Assembly: GCF_033971325.1 (NCBI RefSeq)
Contig: NZ_CP117180.1
Location: 66,041 to 130,040, forward strand
DNA: 64,000 nucleotides
From: Pampinifervens diazotrophicum
GTDB lineage: Bacteria > Aquificota > Aquificia > Aquificales > Aquificaceae
Direction: 5' to 3'
In this document: positions 47,861 to 57,877 of the stretch, piece after piece
Layout of the letters: the number at the start of each line of letters is the position of its first letter
How positions within the stretch are numbered: position 1 is the stretch's first letter
Notes under the pieces: model-generated
Database searches by the model: none
Told to the model about the DNA's origin: nothing
The model's input: only the letters and a program-made list of their open reading frames with translations
Made by a program: the position numbers and the translations under genes

Positions 47861-48235
47861 ATGAAAAAATCCATGTCTTTGCTACTTGCCCTTAGCTTTT
47901 GTGCCTTTGCTTCTGAAATAACCGCCTACTATAGCCCAAGTTGTGGCTGTTGCAGTAAATATTTTTCAAAGCTGGAAAGAGATGGCTTTAAGGTCAAAAG
48001 GGTAGAGGTAAGCCCAGAAAGGCTTATGGAAATTAAAAGTCAACTTTCCGTTCCACCACAGCTCAGGTCATGCCACACAATGGTTTACGAAGGTAGGTTC
48101 ATAGAAGGTCATGTGCCTCCAGAGGGTATAAAAAGGGTCTTAAGGGACAAAAACCTGAGAGGTGTAGCTTCTACTCATGGCAAAGCCAGTGCTATAGGAG
48201 ATTACGAAAAACAGTATGAAATTGTAAGGAGGTAG
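47861..48235 (+). CDS. DUF411 (CopG-like) periplasmic metal-binding protein
   Basis: Signal peptide and the CGCC motif (SPSCGCCSKY) characteristic of DUF411/CopG Cu-binding proteins. Confidence 0.72.
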   Translation: MKKSMSLLLALSFCAFASEITAYYSPSCGCCSKYFSKLERDGFKVKRVEVSPERLMEIKSQLSVPPQLRSCHTMVYEGRFIEGHVPPEGIKRVLRDKNLRGVASTHGKASAIGDYEKQYEIVRR

Positions 48236-48318
48236 AGACATGAAGAAGTTTTTGCTGTCAGCTACTTTGAAGTGAAAAGGCAGATGGAGTAAATACTAAA
48301 ATGATAGGAGGTCAAGCC

Positions 48319-48765
48319 ATGAAAGTTTTGGTTCTTTTACTTTTCATCTTAAACCTTTCCGCCTTTTCACAGCCTAAGGAACCGCCAAAGGGTGAAAGGT
48401 GTGTAGTCTGCGGTATGGATGTCAACATTGACCCAAAACTAACATCGCAGGTAAAGCTCAAGGATGGGTCATACAAGTATGCAGAGTCTCCTAAGCACAT
48501 AATTAGATACTACTTGGATAACAAAGATAAGGTGGCAGAGCTTTGGGTAAAGGACTATAAAAGTGGCAGATGGATAGAAGGCACAAGAGCCTTTTATGTT
48601 CCTATAAAAGAAGGACCTATGGGTTATGACCTTGTGCCTTTTAGAAGCAGGATTGACGCTCAGGAGTTTGCCAAAAGTCCAAGGTCTGCAAAAAACAGAG
48701 TTTATCAATTTAGGGAGATAGATAGGACTTTCCTTGAGCATCTTGACACTGGACATGTTCATTAA
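48319..48765 (+). CDS. NosL-like copper-binding protein, periplasmic
   Basis: Signal peptide MKVLVLLLFILNLSAFS. CVVCGMDV (CxxCGM) followed by a DPKLTSQV...DG...region matching my recollection of the NosL family N-terminus. Real start is probably 48319 (RBS taggaggt), not the 48301 of the ORF track. Confidence 0.55.
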   Translation: MKVLVLLLFILNLSAFSQPKEPPKGERCVVCGMDVNIDPKLTSQVKLKDGSYKYAESPKHIIRYYLDNKDKVAELWVKDYKSGRWIEGTRAFYVPIKEGPMGYDLVPFRSRIDAQEFAKSPRSAKNRVYQFREIDRTFLEHLDTGHVH

Positions 48766-48774
48766 GGATGTTAA

Positions 48775-51700
48775 ATGAGTAGATTTGTAGAGCTCCTGCT
48801 GAAATACAGATTGGCAATTCTAATACTCATCGCCTTTATCTTAGTATACGGCTTTTATGCAATAAGGAAAACTCCCATAGACGCACTTCCTGACCTAACA
48901 GATACACAGGTAATCCTTTACTCCGAGTGGATGGGGCAATCTCCGCAGGTCATTGAAAACCAGCTCACTTATCCCCTTAGCTCCGCCATGCTGGGGCTTC
49001 CAAGGGTGAAGGCGGTAAGAGGCTACTCGGTGCCTAACTACTCGCTTGTGTATGTGATATTTGAAGATGGCACAGACCTCTATTGGGCTCGCTCAAGGGT
49101 TCTTGAAAAGCTGTCCTCCATAAGAAGTCAGCTACCATATCAGGCAAGGGTAGAACTTGGTCCTGATGCCACTGGTCTTGGCTGGATATATCAGTATGTG
49201 GTCTACTCGGAAAAAAGAAGTCTCGATGAGCTTTGGAGTTTGCAGAACTTCTACATAAAGTATGCCCTCCTTTCAGTGCCTAATGTGGCGGAGGTAGCCA
49301 GTGTAGGCGGTTTTGAAAGAGAATACAGAGTTACCCTAAAGCCTGAGCTTCTCACATACTACGGGCTCTCTCTACAAGATGTAGCAAAAGCGGTAGCAGG
49401 CTCTAATCTTGAAACAGGTGGTAAGTATTTAGAGCTAAATGGAAGGGAATTTATCATAAGGGCAGGGGGTTATGTGCGGGAAAAGGAGGATATAGAAAGG
49501 GCTGTTATAAAGGAAGTGGGAGGCATACCCATAAGGGTGGGGGACGTGGCTAAGGTGGTGGAAACTCCAGCCTTTAGGATGGGGACTGCGGACTACAACG
49601 GGATGGGTAATGTGGTGGGTGGCATAGTGGTAATGCGATATGGTGCGGATGCCTACAAAACCATACAGGAAGTTAAAGAAAAGCTAAAAGATATAAAAAG
49701 AGGACTACCAGAGGATGTAAATATAGTCCCAGTTTACGACCGGTCAGAGCTAATAGAGAGTGCGATAAAGCACCTTTGGAGAGTTCTCATTGAAGAGTCC
49801 GTTGTGGTAGTTCTTGTTATAGCGGTCTTCCTTCTAAACCTACCCCTTAGCTTTGCGGTGGTGGTCTTTTTGGTGATTTCCCTTCTTGGAACTTTTATAC
49901 TCATGAACCACATGGGCGTCAATTCTAACATTATGTCCCTTGGTGGAATAGCCATAGCCATCGGGACTATGGTGGATGCGGGTATAGTGCTTGTGGAAGC
50001 CTTTTCAAGAAAGAGAGAAGAGGGCAAGGCTTTAAAGACAGCCATAGTTGAATCTGTCTCTGAGGTAGGGAAACCCATATTCTTTGCTTTGCTTGTAGTT
50101 GCGGTTTCCTTTGTCCCTATGTTAGCTCTAAAGGGTCAGGCGGGAAGGCTCTTTGAACCTCTTGTGATAACAAAAACCTTAGCCATGCTCGTGGCTTCTT
50201 TTCTCACTATTCTACTCTTTCCTGTCTTTCTTTATTACCTTGGGCGGTGGAAGGTTTTACCCGAAGAAAAAAACCCAGTGGTAAGGCTCCTCATAAGACT
50301 TTATACACCCCTTTTCCATCTCTCTATTAGGCTTAGGTATGCTCTTTTAATAGTTGCCCTTCTTTCAATACCAGCCACTTATCTGCTCTACAAAAACATA
50401 GGCAGGGAGTTTATGCCAGACCTAAGAGAGGGCACACTTCTTTATATGCCCATAACCGCACCGGGCATTTCCATACAAGAAGCTCAAAGGCTACTAATTC
50501 TTCAGGACAGGATAATAAAGAGCTTTCCCGAAGTGGAAAGCGTCTTTGGTAAGGTAGGAAGGGCAAACACCGCCACAGACCCAGCTCCCCTCTCTATGGT
50601 AGAGACCACCATAGTGCTAAAGCCTCAAAGCCAGTGGAGAGAGGGAATGACCTACGAAAGGCTTATATCTGAGCTTGATAAGGCTCTTCAGTTTCCTGGA
50701 GTAGTGAACAGCTGGACTATGCCCATAAAGGGTAGGATAGATATGATAACCACAGGCATAAGGACGCCCCTTGGTATAAAAGTCTACGGGAAAGACATTG
50801 ATGAGCTTTCAAGACTTCTTGAGGAGCTGGAAAATGCCCTTCAAGGCATGGAAGGCGTTATGAGCCTCTATGCGGAAAGACTAAGCGGTGCCACATACAT
50901 AGAGATAATTCCCCTCAGAGACAAGCTCGGCTTGTATGGGCTTAGCCTTGAAGAGCTAACCTCTGCGGTGGAAACCCTCTTAGCCAATAGTCCAGTGTCT
51001 GTCTATGTATCTGGCAGAGAAAGATACAACATAACCCTTGGAGTCCCAAGGGACTACAGAGAAAACCTTGAAAGCCTCGTCCTACCCTTAAAGGATAAAC
51101 TCATTCCCCTTAAGGCGGTCGCAGAGCTCAGAAAGGTTGAAGGTCCTATGGAAATAAAGTCGGAGAAGGGCTTGCTGGTAGCCTATATTTACATATCACC
51201 AAAACCCGGTTCAGACCTTTTAAAGATAATAGAGGAAGGCAATAGACGAATACAAGAAAGCGTAAGCTTGCCTGCAGGCTACTATTACGAATGGAGCGGT
51301 CAGTTTGAATACTACAAAAAGGCTATGGAAGACCTCAAGGTAATAATTCCTCTTGTGCTTTTGAGCATAGTGCTTCTGGTCTATCTAAGTCTTGGAAGGC
51401 TCTTTGAAACCCTCTTGGTTCTCTTCATACTACCCTCTTCCCTATTTGGTGGCTTTTTTCTTATGTATCTTCTTGACTACAAACTGTCTGTGGCTTCCAT
51501 AGCAGGCTTTCTGGCACTTCTTGGCATATCCGCAGAGATGGGTATAGTAATGGTAGTCTATATAATGAAAGCTCTTGAAGAAGACAAAGGGAAGAACCTC
51601 TACCAAGCCATATACGAAGGTGCGGTAAAGAGGATTAGACCAAAGAGTATGACCATGCTTACTATAGTAGCCGGCTTGCTACCAGCGGTATATCTTCAGG

Positions 51701-51813
51701 GAACGGGTGCGGAGGTGATATCACGCATAGCCCTTCCCATGCTTGGAGGCGTTATATCCTCCTTCTTCACTGCTCTTTTTATAGTGCCAGCACTGTATAC
51801 TTTTAAAAGATGA
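48775..51813 (+). CDS. Heavy-metal efflux RND pump (CusA/CzcA family)
   Basis: 1012 aa with 12 TM helices and two large periplasmic loops, HME-RND layout. Confidence 0.9.
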   Translation: MSRFVELLLKYRLAILILIAFILVYGFYAIRKTPIDALPDLTDTQVILYSEWMGQSPQVIENQLTYPLSSAMLGLPRVKAVRGYSVPNYSLVYVIFEDGTDLYWARSRVLEKLSSIRSQLPYQARVELGPDATGLGWIYQYVVYSEKRSLDELWSLQNFYIKYALLSVPNVAEVASVGGFEREYRVTLKPELLTYYGLSLQDVAKAVAGSNLETGGKYLELNGREFIIRAGGYVREKEDIERAVIKEVGGIPIRVGDVAKVVETPAFRMGTADYNGMGNVVGGIVVMRYGADAYKTIQEVKEKLKDIKRGLPEDVNIVPVYDRSELIESAIKHLWRVLIEESVVVVLVIAVFLLNLPLSFAVVVFLVISLLGTFILMNHMGVNSNIMSLGGIAIAIGTMVDAGIVLVEAFSRKREEGKALKTAIVESVSEVGKPIFFALLVVAVSFVPMLALKGQAGRLFEPLVITKTLAMLVASFLTILLFPVFLYYLGRWKVLPEEKNPVVRLLIRLYTPLFHLSIRLRYALLIVALLSIPATYLLYKNIGREFMPDLREGTLLYMPITAPGISIQEAQRLLILQDRIIKSFPEVESVFGKVGRANTATDPAPLSMVETTIVLKPQSQWREGMTYERLISELDKALQFPGVVNSWTMPIKGRIDMITTGIRTPLGIKVYGKDIDELSRLLEELENALQGMEGVMSLYAERLSGATYIEIIPLRDKLGLYGLSLEELTSAVETLLANSPVSVYVSGRERYNITLGVPRDYRENLESLVLPLKDKLIPLKAVAELRKVEGPMEIKSEKGLLVAYIYISPKPGSDLLKIIEEGNRRIQESVSLPAGYYYEWSGQFEYYKKAMEDLKVIIPLVLLSIVLLVYLSLGRLFETLLVLFILPSSLFGGFFLMYLLDYKLSVASIAGFLALLGISAEMGIVMVVYIMKALEEDKGKNLYQAIYEGAVKRIRPKSMTMLTIVAGLLPAVYLQGTGAEVISRIALPMLGGVISSFFTALFIVPALYTFKR

Positions 51814-52022
51814 AAGGTAAGGACTTTCTCGCACTCAATGTGGGTTTTAACCTTCTTGGTGGGATAATTGCTGGTCTTTTAGTGGGCTATGCCTTTGACA
51901 AGTGGCTTATGGAGAGCCTCTTTGGGCTAAAAACCTTTCCCTTCGGAATGCTCTTTTTCTTCTTTGTAGGCATAATCTCAGGCTTTAGGAATGCTTACAG
52001 GGATTTGAAAAGAATTGAATGA
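51810..52022 (+). CDS. AtpZ/AtpI-like small membrane protein (ATPase_gene1 family)
   Basis: 70 aa with two TM helices. LGGIIAGLLVGYAFDKWL...GIISGFRNAYRD matches the family consensus (G..G..lGy.lD.wlgt...G...G...v). Confidence 0.5.
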   Translation: MKGKDFLALNVGFNLLGGIIAGLLVGYAFDKWLMESLFGLKTFPFGMLFFFFVGIISGFRNAYRDLKRIE

Positions 52023-52395
52023 GCCTTTCTTTGACTTGTGTAGGTATGGAGCATATCTTCCCTCCCTTTACGGTGCAGTGCTTTGTGCTACCCTTTGCCT
52101 TTATCGTTTCTGAAGACCTAAGAAGGTATTGAAAAGAAAAGGTAAAGCGGTCTAAATGTGAAAGCGTGATCTCAATCTCAAACTCCTCATCATAACGCAA
52201 AGGTTTTATAAAGTCGCAGTTTGCAGAAAGCAAGACCACATCTATGCCTTCCTCTCTTAGCTTTGAGTAAGGATAGCCCAAAGACCTCAGGAGCTCTCCT
52301 CGTGCTTCTTCAAAGTATCTAAAGTGGTTAGAGTGGTGCACTATCCCTTGGGCGTCTGTTTCGTAAAACTGAACCCTTCTGCGGTATATAAACAC
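51985..52395 (-). CDS. Acyl-CoA thioesterase, 4HBT/YbgC-like hotdog fold
   Basis: VQFYETDAQGIVHHSNHFRYFEEAR conserved N-terminal catalytic region. Confidence 0.75.
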   Translation of the reverse strand: MFIYRRRVQFYETDAQGIVHHSNHFRYFEEARGELLRSLGYPYSKLREEGIDVVLLSANCDFIKPLRYDEEFEIEITLSHLDRFTFSFQYLLRSSETIKAKGSTKHCTVKGGKICSIPTQVKERLIQFFSNPCKHS

Positions 52396-52404
52396 AAAGA
52401 TATT

Positions 52405-53223
52405 TTATCCAAACCTTCCTGTTATGTAGTCTTCTGTGAGTTTCTTCTCAGGCTTTGTGAAAATCTTCTCTGTGGGTCCAAACTCCACAAGCTCTCCAAG
52501 ATACATAAAGGCAGTGTAGTCCGATATCCTCGCAGCCTGTTGCATGTTATGGGTCACTATCACTATGGTAACCCTCTGCTTTAGCTCCACTATAAGGTCC
52601 TCTATTTTGGCGGTGGATATTGGGTCAAGGGCTGAGGTGGGCTCGTCAAAGAGAAGGACTTCGGGCTCTACCGCTATGGCTCTGGCTATACAAAGCCTTT
52701 GCTGTTGACCTCCAGAAAGGGAATAGGCGTTTGTATGAAGCCTATCCTTTACTTCATCCCAGAGAGCTGAACCTACAAGAGCCTTTTCTACCGCTTCGTC
52801 AAGTAGCTTTTTGTTCTTTATACCCCTTATCTTAAGACCATAAGCGACGTTTTCGTATATGCTCTTGGGAAAAGGGTTAGGCTTCTGGAAAACCATACCT
52901 ATACGCATTCTAACCCTTAGTGGGTCTGTCTTTGAGTCTACAAGGTTCACACCGTCAGGATGTATTATTATCTCACCCTCATAACGAGCTCCCGGATATA
53001 GGTCGTGCATACGGTTAAAGGCTCTCAGAAGGGTAGTTTTGCCACAGCCAGAGGGTCCTATTATGGCAGTTACTTTCTTTTCATATATGGGAAAGTTTAT
53101 GTTCTTTAGAGCGTGAAAACTACCGTAGTAGAAGTTAAAGTTTTTCGCTTCAAGTTTAACCTTAGCTGGTCCTGCACTTTGCACCGCTTTCCGCTCCTCT
53201 AACATTTTAGCAGGATTTACCAT
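52405..53223 (-). CDS. pstB: Phosphate ABC transporter ATP-binding protein
   Basis: Walker [10 protein letters not shown], signature [14 protein letters not shown], Walker [12 protein letters not shown]. PstB-specific N-terminal region. Confidence 0.9.
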   Translation of the reverse strand: MVNPAKMLEERKAVQSAGPAKVKLEAKNFNFYYGSFHALKNINFPIYEKKVTAIIGPSGCGKTTLLRAFNRMHDLYPGARYEGEIIIHPDGVNLVDSKTDPLRVRMRIGMVFQKPNPFPKSIYENVAYGLKIRGIKNKKLLDEAVEKALVGSALWDEVKDRLHTNAYSLSGGQQQRLCIARAIAVEPEVLLFDEPTSALDPISTAKIEDLIVELKQRVTIVIVTHNMQQAARISDYTAFMYLGELVEFGPTEKIFTKPEKKLTEDYITGRFG

Positions 53224-54161
53224 TGGTATTTCCTCCTTACTTTAAACCTTAAATAGAAGGCTATGGAGTTCATTAAAAGGGCTATCACAAGCAGGATAAA
53301 GCCTGCGGCAGCTGCGTTGGTGTGAAAGGCAGCCTGAGGTCTTGAAACCCAGTTGAACATTTGTATGGGTAAAACCGTAAAGGGAGACTTAAGCATTCCA
53401 ATGAAGTCTTCCCAAGGTGCTGGTGGCAGGAAGGCTATAAAGGTTAGAGCTCCTATGGTTATGAGTGGTGCGGTCTCTCCTATAGCCCTTGAAGCTGCGA
53501 TTATAAGCCCAGTGAGTATTCCACCAATTGAGTAGGGCAGTATATGGTGGAAAAGGGTTTCCCATCTTGTAGCTCCTAAGGCGTAGGCGGCTTCCCTTAT
53601 GGAACGCGGAATTCTCCTAATAGACTCTCTTGTGGAGACCACCACAACGGGTAACATGAGAAGACCAAGAGTAAGACCTGCGGTAAGTATGCTTTCTCCG
53701 AACTCAAACCTGTATACGAATATTCCTAAAGCTAATAGACCGTATACTATAGAAGGCACTGCGGCGAGGTTTGATATGTTTGCCTCTATTATTCTTGCTA
53801 TCTTTCCCTTACCTCCATACTCCTCAAGGTATATGCCCGCTGGAATGCCTATAAGGACAGCCCAAAAGATTGCCCCTGCCATGACTAAAACCGTTCCAAC
53901 CCAAGCGGAGAGTATTCCCGCCTGGTCTGGAAACCTTGAGGGAAAAGAGGTGTAGAAGTTAGGGTCTTTTATTCTCACCCATCCGTCAATGAGAAGGTCT
54001 ACAGCTATAGCAAAGAGGAAGAGTAGAACCAGAAAGGTTGCAATAAGTCCAAGTATTTCAAAAAGCTTATCCCTCTTCTTTACGCCCTTTGTGTAGCCTT
54101 CTATGTCAAACTCTTTTAGCCTTGTCTCTAACTCTCCTCTAACTTCGATACCCTGTTCCAT
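53217..54161 (-). CDS. pstA: Phosphate ABC transporter permease PstA
   Basis: 6-TM permease with the EAA-like motif. Operon position after pstC. Confidence 0.85.
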   Translation of the reverse strand: MEQGIEVRGELETRLKEFDIEGYTKGVKKRDKLFEILGLIATFLVLLFLFAIAVDLLIDGWVRIKDPNFYTSFPSRFPDQAGILSAWVGTVLVMAGAIFWAVLIGIPAGIYLEEYGGKGKIARIIEANISNLAAVPSIVYGLLALGIFVYRFEFGESILTAGLTLGLLMLPVVVVSTRESIRRIPRSIREAAYALGATRWETLFHHILPYSIGGILTGLIIAASRAIGETAPLITIGALTFIAFLPPAPWEDFIGMLKSPFTVLPIQMFNWVSRPQAAFHTNAAAAGFILLVIALLMNSIAFYLRFKVRRKYQW

Positions 54162-54162
54162 C

Positions 54163-55086
54163 TTAATACCCCACTGTTTTGGATTTTAAGTAAACCGCTA
54201 TGGAGTTTAGTATCAGGGTTATACCAAAGAGCATAAAGCCTGCAGCAAATATGGATAGATACTCAAAAGAGCCAAAGGGCAAGTCTCCAAGAGCTACTTG
54301 AACTATGTATCCTGTTATAGTCTGAACTGGCTCAAGAGGGTTAGCGGTTATTTGAGGATACATACCAGCTGCTACTGCCACCACCATAGTTTCACCTATC
54401 GCCCTCGAAAACCCAAGAAGGTACGCGGAAAGCACTCCGGACTTTGCAGCAGGAAGAACTACAAACAGAGCGGTTCTGAGCTTAGAAGCTCCAAGGGAAT
54501 AGGATGCCTCCCTTAGGTATTGGGGGACACCCTTAAAGGCGTCCTCTATCATGGATGCGGTGTAGGGAAGTATCATTATACCTATGACTATGCCAGGGGA
54601 TAGGGCATTCATACCTTCCACGTATATACCGAAGGGCGCAAGAAGTTTGCTAAGTATGGGGGTGACGAACAATAGGGCAAAGTAACCATAAACCACTGTG
54701 GGAACTGCCTCAAGAAAGTCAAGCCAGGGCTTTACCGTTTCTCTAACCTTCCAACTTGCGTATTCGCTCAAGTATATGGCTACTACTATCCCAAGAGGAA
54801 TAGAAATCAACATTGATATAAAAGCAATAATAAAGGTACCGTTAACCAAAGGCCATATACCTATCTGCTTATAGTAGAATGTGGGAGTCCATTGAGTTTC
54901 CGTAAAGAACCTTATAAGTGAAGTGGGAAAGCCACCCCCTTCGGGGTGGGTGAAGAACCTTACGGTGTCTACCAACAAAACCCAGACTATGGCAAAGGTT
55001 ATGAAGATGGACACAGCCCCCATAAGCATCAAGAAAAGATACAGGGCTATGTCTATTGACTTTTTAACTCCTATGGAGAGTGTCAT
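54163..55086 (-). CDS. pstC: Phosphate ABC transporter permease PstC
   Basis: 6-TM permease. Operon position between pstS and pstA. Confidence 0.85.
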   Translation of the reverse strand: MTLSIGVKKSIDIALYLFLMLMGAVSIFITFAIVWVLLVDTVRFFTHPEGGGFPTSLIRFFTETQWTPTFYYKQIGIWPLVNGTFIIAFISMLISIPLGIVVAIYLSEYASWKVRETVKPWLDFLEAVPTVVYGYFALLFVTPILSKLLAPFGIYVEGMNALSPGIVIGIMILPYTASMIEDAFKGVPQYLREASYSLGASKLRTALFVVLPAAKSGVLSAYLLGFSRAIGETMVVAVAAGMYPQITANPLEPVQTITGYIVQVALGDLPFGSFEYLSIFAAGFMLFGITLILNSIAVYLKSKTVGY

Positions 55087-56087
55087 TGCTTGGCTTCCCT
55101 CTTAAGAAGTTCATCTATGGTAAGACCAACCTCTGGCTCACCACCAAAGACGGTGCCGAGCACTCTCTTGTTGAACCTTTCTTCTGCCATCTTGTAAGCC
55201 CTGTCAGGAAGGGCTATGTATCCCACTTGTCTGGCTATCTTGCCTGCGTTTTTGAGATAAAACTCTACAAACTCTCTTACCTCAGGTCTTTCTTGCACAG
55301 CCTTTGCGTTTACATATATAAAGAGTGGTCTGGAGAGGGGTTGGTATGTGCCGTTTTGGACTGTTTGGTATGTGGGTGCTACACACTGACCAGTCTTAGG
55401 GTTTCTTATCTGTATAGCCTTTACCTTACCCTTGTTTTCTTCCACATAGGCAAGTCCAAAGTAGCAGAGAGCACCCCTTTCTCTTTGGGCAAACTGCACA
55501 AGCACATTGTCGTCTTCAGATGCAAGGTAGTCACCTCTTGAAGACTTTGCCTTACCCACTATTGCTTCGGTAAAGTAGTCAAAGGTTCCAGAGTCAGAAC
55601 CAGGTCCACAGAGCTTTATTTCCTGTCTGGGCCAATTGGGGTCAAGGTCTGACCACATCATCCTTTTGCCCTGAGATTCAGGCTTCCATACTTCTTTGAG
55701 CTGATCTACTGTCATGCAGGTTGCCCAGTTGTTTCTTGGGTTTACAACCACCGCAAGACCGTCGTAGGCTACAGGAAGTTCAATATACTGAACGCCGTTC
55801 CTTCTGCACTCTTCCATTTCCCTTGCAAGTATGGGTCTTGAGGCGTTGGATATGTCCGTTTCGCCTCTGCAGAACTTCTTAAAGCCACCACCTGTGCCAG
55901 ATATACCCACGGTGACCTTTACCGCACCCCTCTTTGCCTTTTGGAACTCTTCCGCTACACCCTCTGTTAAGGGATAAACGGTGGAAGAACCGTCAACCCT
56001 GATTATCTGCTGTGCCTTTGCGGGCACGGACAAGAGAGCCAAAGCTCCCATTGAGAGGACAGCACTTTTTAGCATCCTCTTTCTCAT
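55083..56087 (-). CDS. pstS: Phosphate-binding periplasmic protein PstS
   Basis: Signal peptide and periplasmic binding-protein fold (GSSTVYP..., GTGGGF). Confidence 0.85.
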   Translation of the reverse strand: MRKRMLKSAVLSMGALALLSVPAKAQQIIRVDGSSTVYPLTEGVAEEFQKAKRGAVKVTVGISGTGGGFKKFCRGETDISNASRPILAREMEECRRNGVQYIELPVAYDGLAVVVNPRNNWATCMTVDQLKEVWKPESQGKRMMWSDLDPNWPRQEIKLCGPGSDSGTFDYFTEAIVGKAKSSRGDYLASEDDNVLVQFAQRERGALCYFGLAYVEENKGKVKAIQIRNPKTGQCVAPTYQTVQNGTYQPLSRPLFIYVNAKAVQERPEVREFVEFYLKNAGKIARQVGYIALPDRAYKMAEERFNKRVLGTVFGGEPEVGLTIDELLKREAKQ

Positions 56088-56119
56088 TTTACCACCTCCT
56101 TAAGGATTTTGCTATAAGT

Positions 56120-57877
56120 TTACAGGTTAATTGTTAAGATTTCGTTAAGAAACTCCACCAATAGCACGCTTCCTCTGTAGGACTTTGCCTTTTTCTTCAG
56201 TTGTGCGGACCTCTTGGATACATCGAGAGGGTCCTTAGACCCCTTTAAAAGAACCGCAGAGACTGAAGCCACCGGAAACTCCTTAAGCTCATCATCCCTG
56301 CCTCTTGCAAGATAGTAGCCTCTTTCTCTATCCTCGGGACTATAAAACTCAAGAAGCTTTTCCTGAATTTCTCTTATTAGTCCCAGAAGCTTTTCCTTTG
56401 CGGTTTCCAAACTCATATCCCACAGAAGAATTACAAAGTCATCACCCCCTATATGACCTACGAATACACGATCTGTGTTTAACCTGCGCAAGTCTTCCAA
56501 TAGAAAACCAACCCTCTTTATCATCTGGTCTCCAGCATAGAAGCCGTAGGCATCATTAAAAGCCTTAAAGTTATCAAGGTCCATGTAGCAAACCCAAAAC
56601 TCTTCTTTAGAGCCGAGCTCTTTTATCTTCTCTTCTATAAGCCTGTTGCCAGGAAGATAGGTAAGGGGGTTTACATCCGCAAGCTCTTTTGCAAGGGTTC
56701 TATAAAAGTAGTCAAGAAGGTTGTTTCGCTCAACAACCTTTATATGGTCGCTCTCTTCCAAGAGGAACAGCTGGTATTTTGAATTTATTATAAGGTCAAA
56801 GAGGTTTTTCGTATCTGCCTTCTCTGGTCTAAGTATGGGAAGGCTTTGAAAACTCAAGAAAAGGTCTTTTTCTTTTTCTATGACCTCTATTAGGTCTTTG
56901 TAGTGATAAAGGTTTCTTTTTTTTGTGTCTACTTGGCTTTTGAGCCTCCAGAGGTCTACCATGTATCTATCTTCTCCTACCTGTAAAATTACATACCTAT
57001 CTACACTATTCTCCACACTTTCCATGAAAATGTGAAACTTTTCCGTAGGCTGAAACCTTAGGCTATTAAGTCTTCTACCATTTAGGCAATTGCCATTGCA
57101 TATCTTAGCTAATTTTACATTGGGTGTAAAATCTCTTGCCTTGGAGGCTGTAAGAGGCTCTGAAAAGTAAAAGCCCTGGACAAGTTGAACACTAAAGTCG
57201 TGGTATATGGTCATAAGGTCTTCTTCCTTTTCCAGTCCTTCGTATATGGGTTTTGCGCCTATGTTTGTGCATACTTCAGAAAGAACTTTTATAAGGTTGT
57301 ATTTTATCTTGCTTTTCGAGACACCGTCCACCAATTCTCTGGGTATTTTTACATAATCCAAGAGACCTTCAAGCTCCAAAAGCTGGTTTATGGAGTTAAA
57401 GCCCGTGCCTATGTCATCTATGGCTATTCCGAAACCAAGTTCTCTGTAGTATTTTATAGCCTTTTGGAGAAGGCTCATATCCTGTACCCTGACCGCCTCA
57501 TTAAGCTCAAGAACCACCCTTGAGGGGCTAAGACCTGCATTTGAGAGATATGAAAGCGTATGCCCCTTTCCTATGTATTCGGAAACCAAATAATCAGGGA
57601 ACACGTTGATGAATAAATACCCTTTCATACCTGAAAAACTTTCTATAGCCAACTTCCTGCACATGAGGTCAAGCTCTGGTAGAAAGCCAATGTTCTCAGC
57701 CATTTTGAATACTTTGATAGGCTTTACTGGAACATTTTCCAATCTAAATCTACTCAAAGCCTCATAGGCAAATACATCAGACTCCACAAGGTCCACAATT
57801 GGCTGGTAATAGGGTTCTATGCTTAGCTGTGAAAGAAACTCCCTTTTTGCGTAGGTTTTTAGCTCATTCTGAAGCAT
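56120..57877 (-). CDS. EAL-domain phosphodiesterase fused to a C-terminal GGDEF-like domain with a degenerate GGDDF motif
   Basis: N-terminal EAL signature (YQPIVDL...YEALSRF, DDIGTG, EGLEKEED). C-terminal GGDEF-like region (DLDNFKAFNDAYGFYAGD...HIGGDDFVIL). Confidence 0.8.
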   Translation of the reverse strand: MLQNELKTYAKREFLSQLSIEPYYQPIVDLVESDVFAYEALSRFRLENVPVKPIKVFKMAENIGFLPELDLMCRKLAIESFSGMKGYLFINVFPDYLVSEYIGKGHTLSYLSNAGLSPSRVVLELNEAVRVQDMSLLQKAIKYYRELGFGIAIDDIGTGFNSINQLLELEGLLDYVKIPRELVDGVSKSKIKYNLIKVLSEVCTNIGAKPIYEGLEKEEDLMTIYHDFSVQLVQGFYFSEPLTASKARDFTPNVKLAKICNGNCLNGRRLNSLRFQPTEKFHIFMESVENSVDRYVILQVGEDRYMVDLWRLKSQVDTKKRNLYHYKDLIEVIEKEKDLFLSFQSLPILRPEKADTKNLFDLIINSKYQLFLLEESDHIKVVERNNLLDYFYRTLAKELADVNPLTYLPGNRLIEEKIKELGSKEEFWVCYMDLDNFKAFNDAYGFYAGDQMIKRVGFLLEDLRRLNTDRVFVGHIGGDDFVILLWDMSLETAKEKLLGLIREIQEKLLEFYSPEDRERGYYLARGRDDELKEFPVASVSAVLLKGSKDPLDVSKRSAQLKKKAKSYRGSVLLVEFLNEILTINL

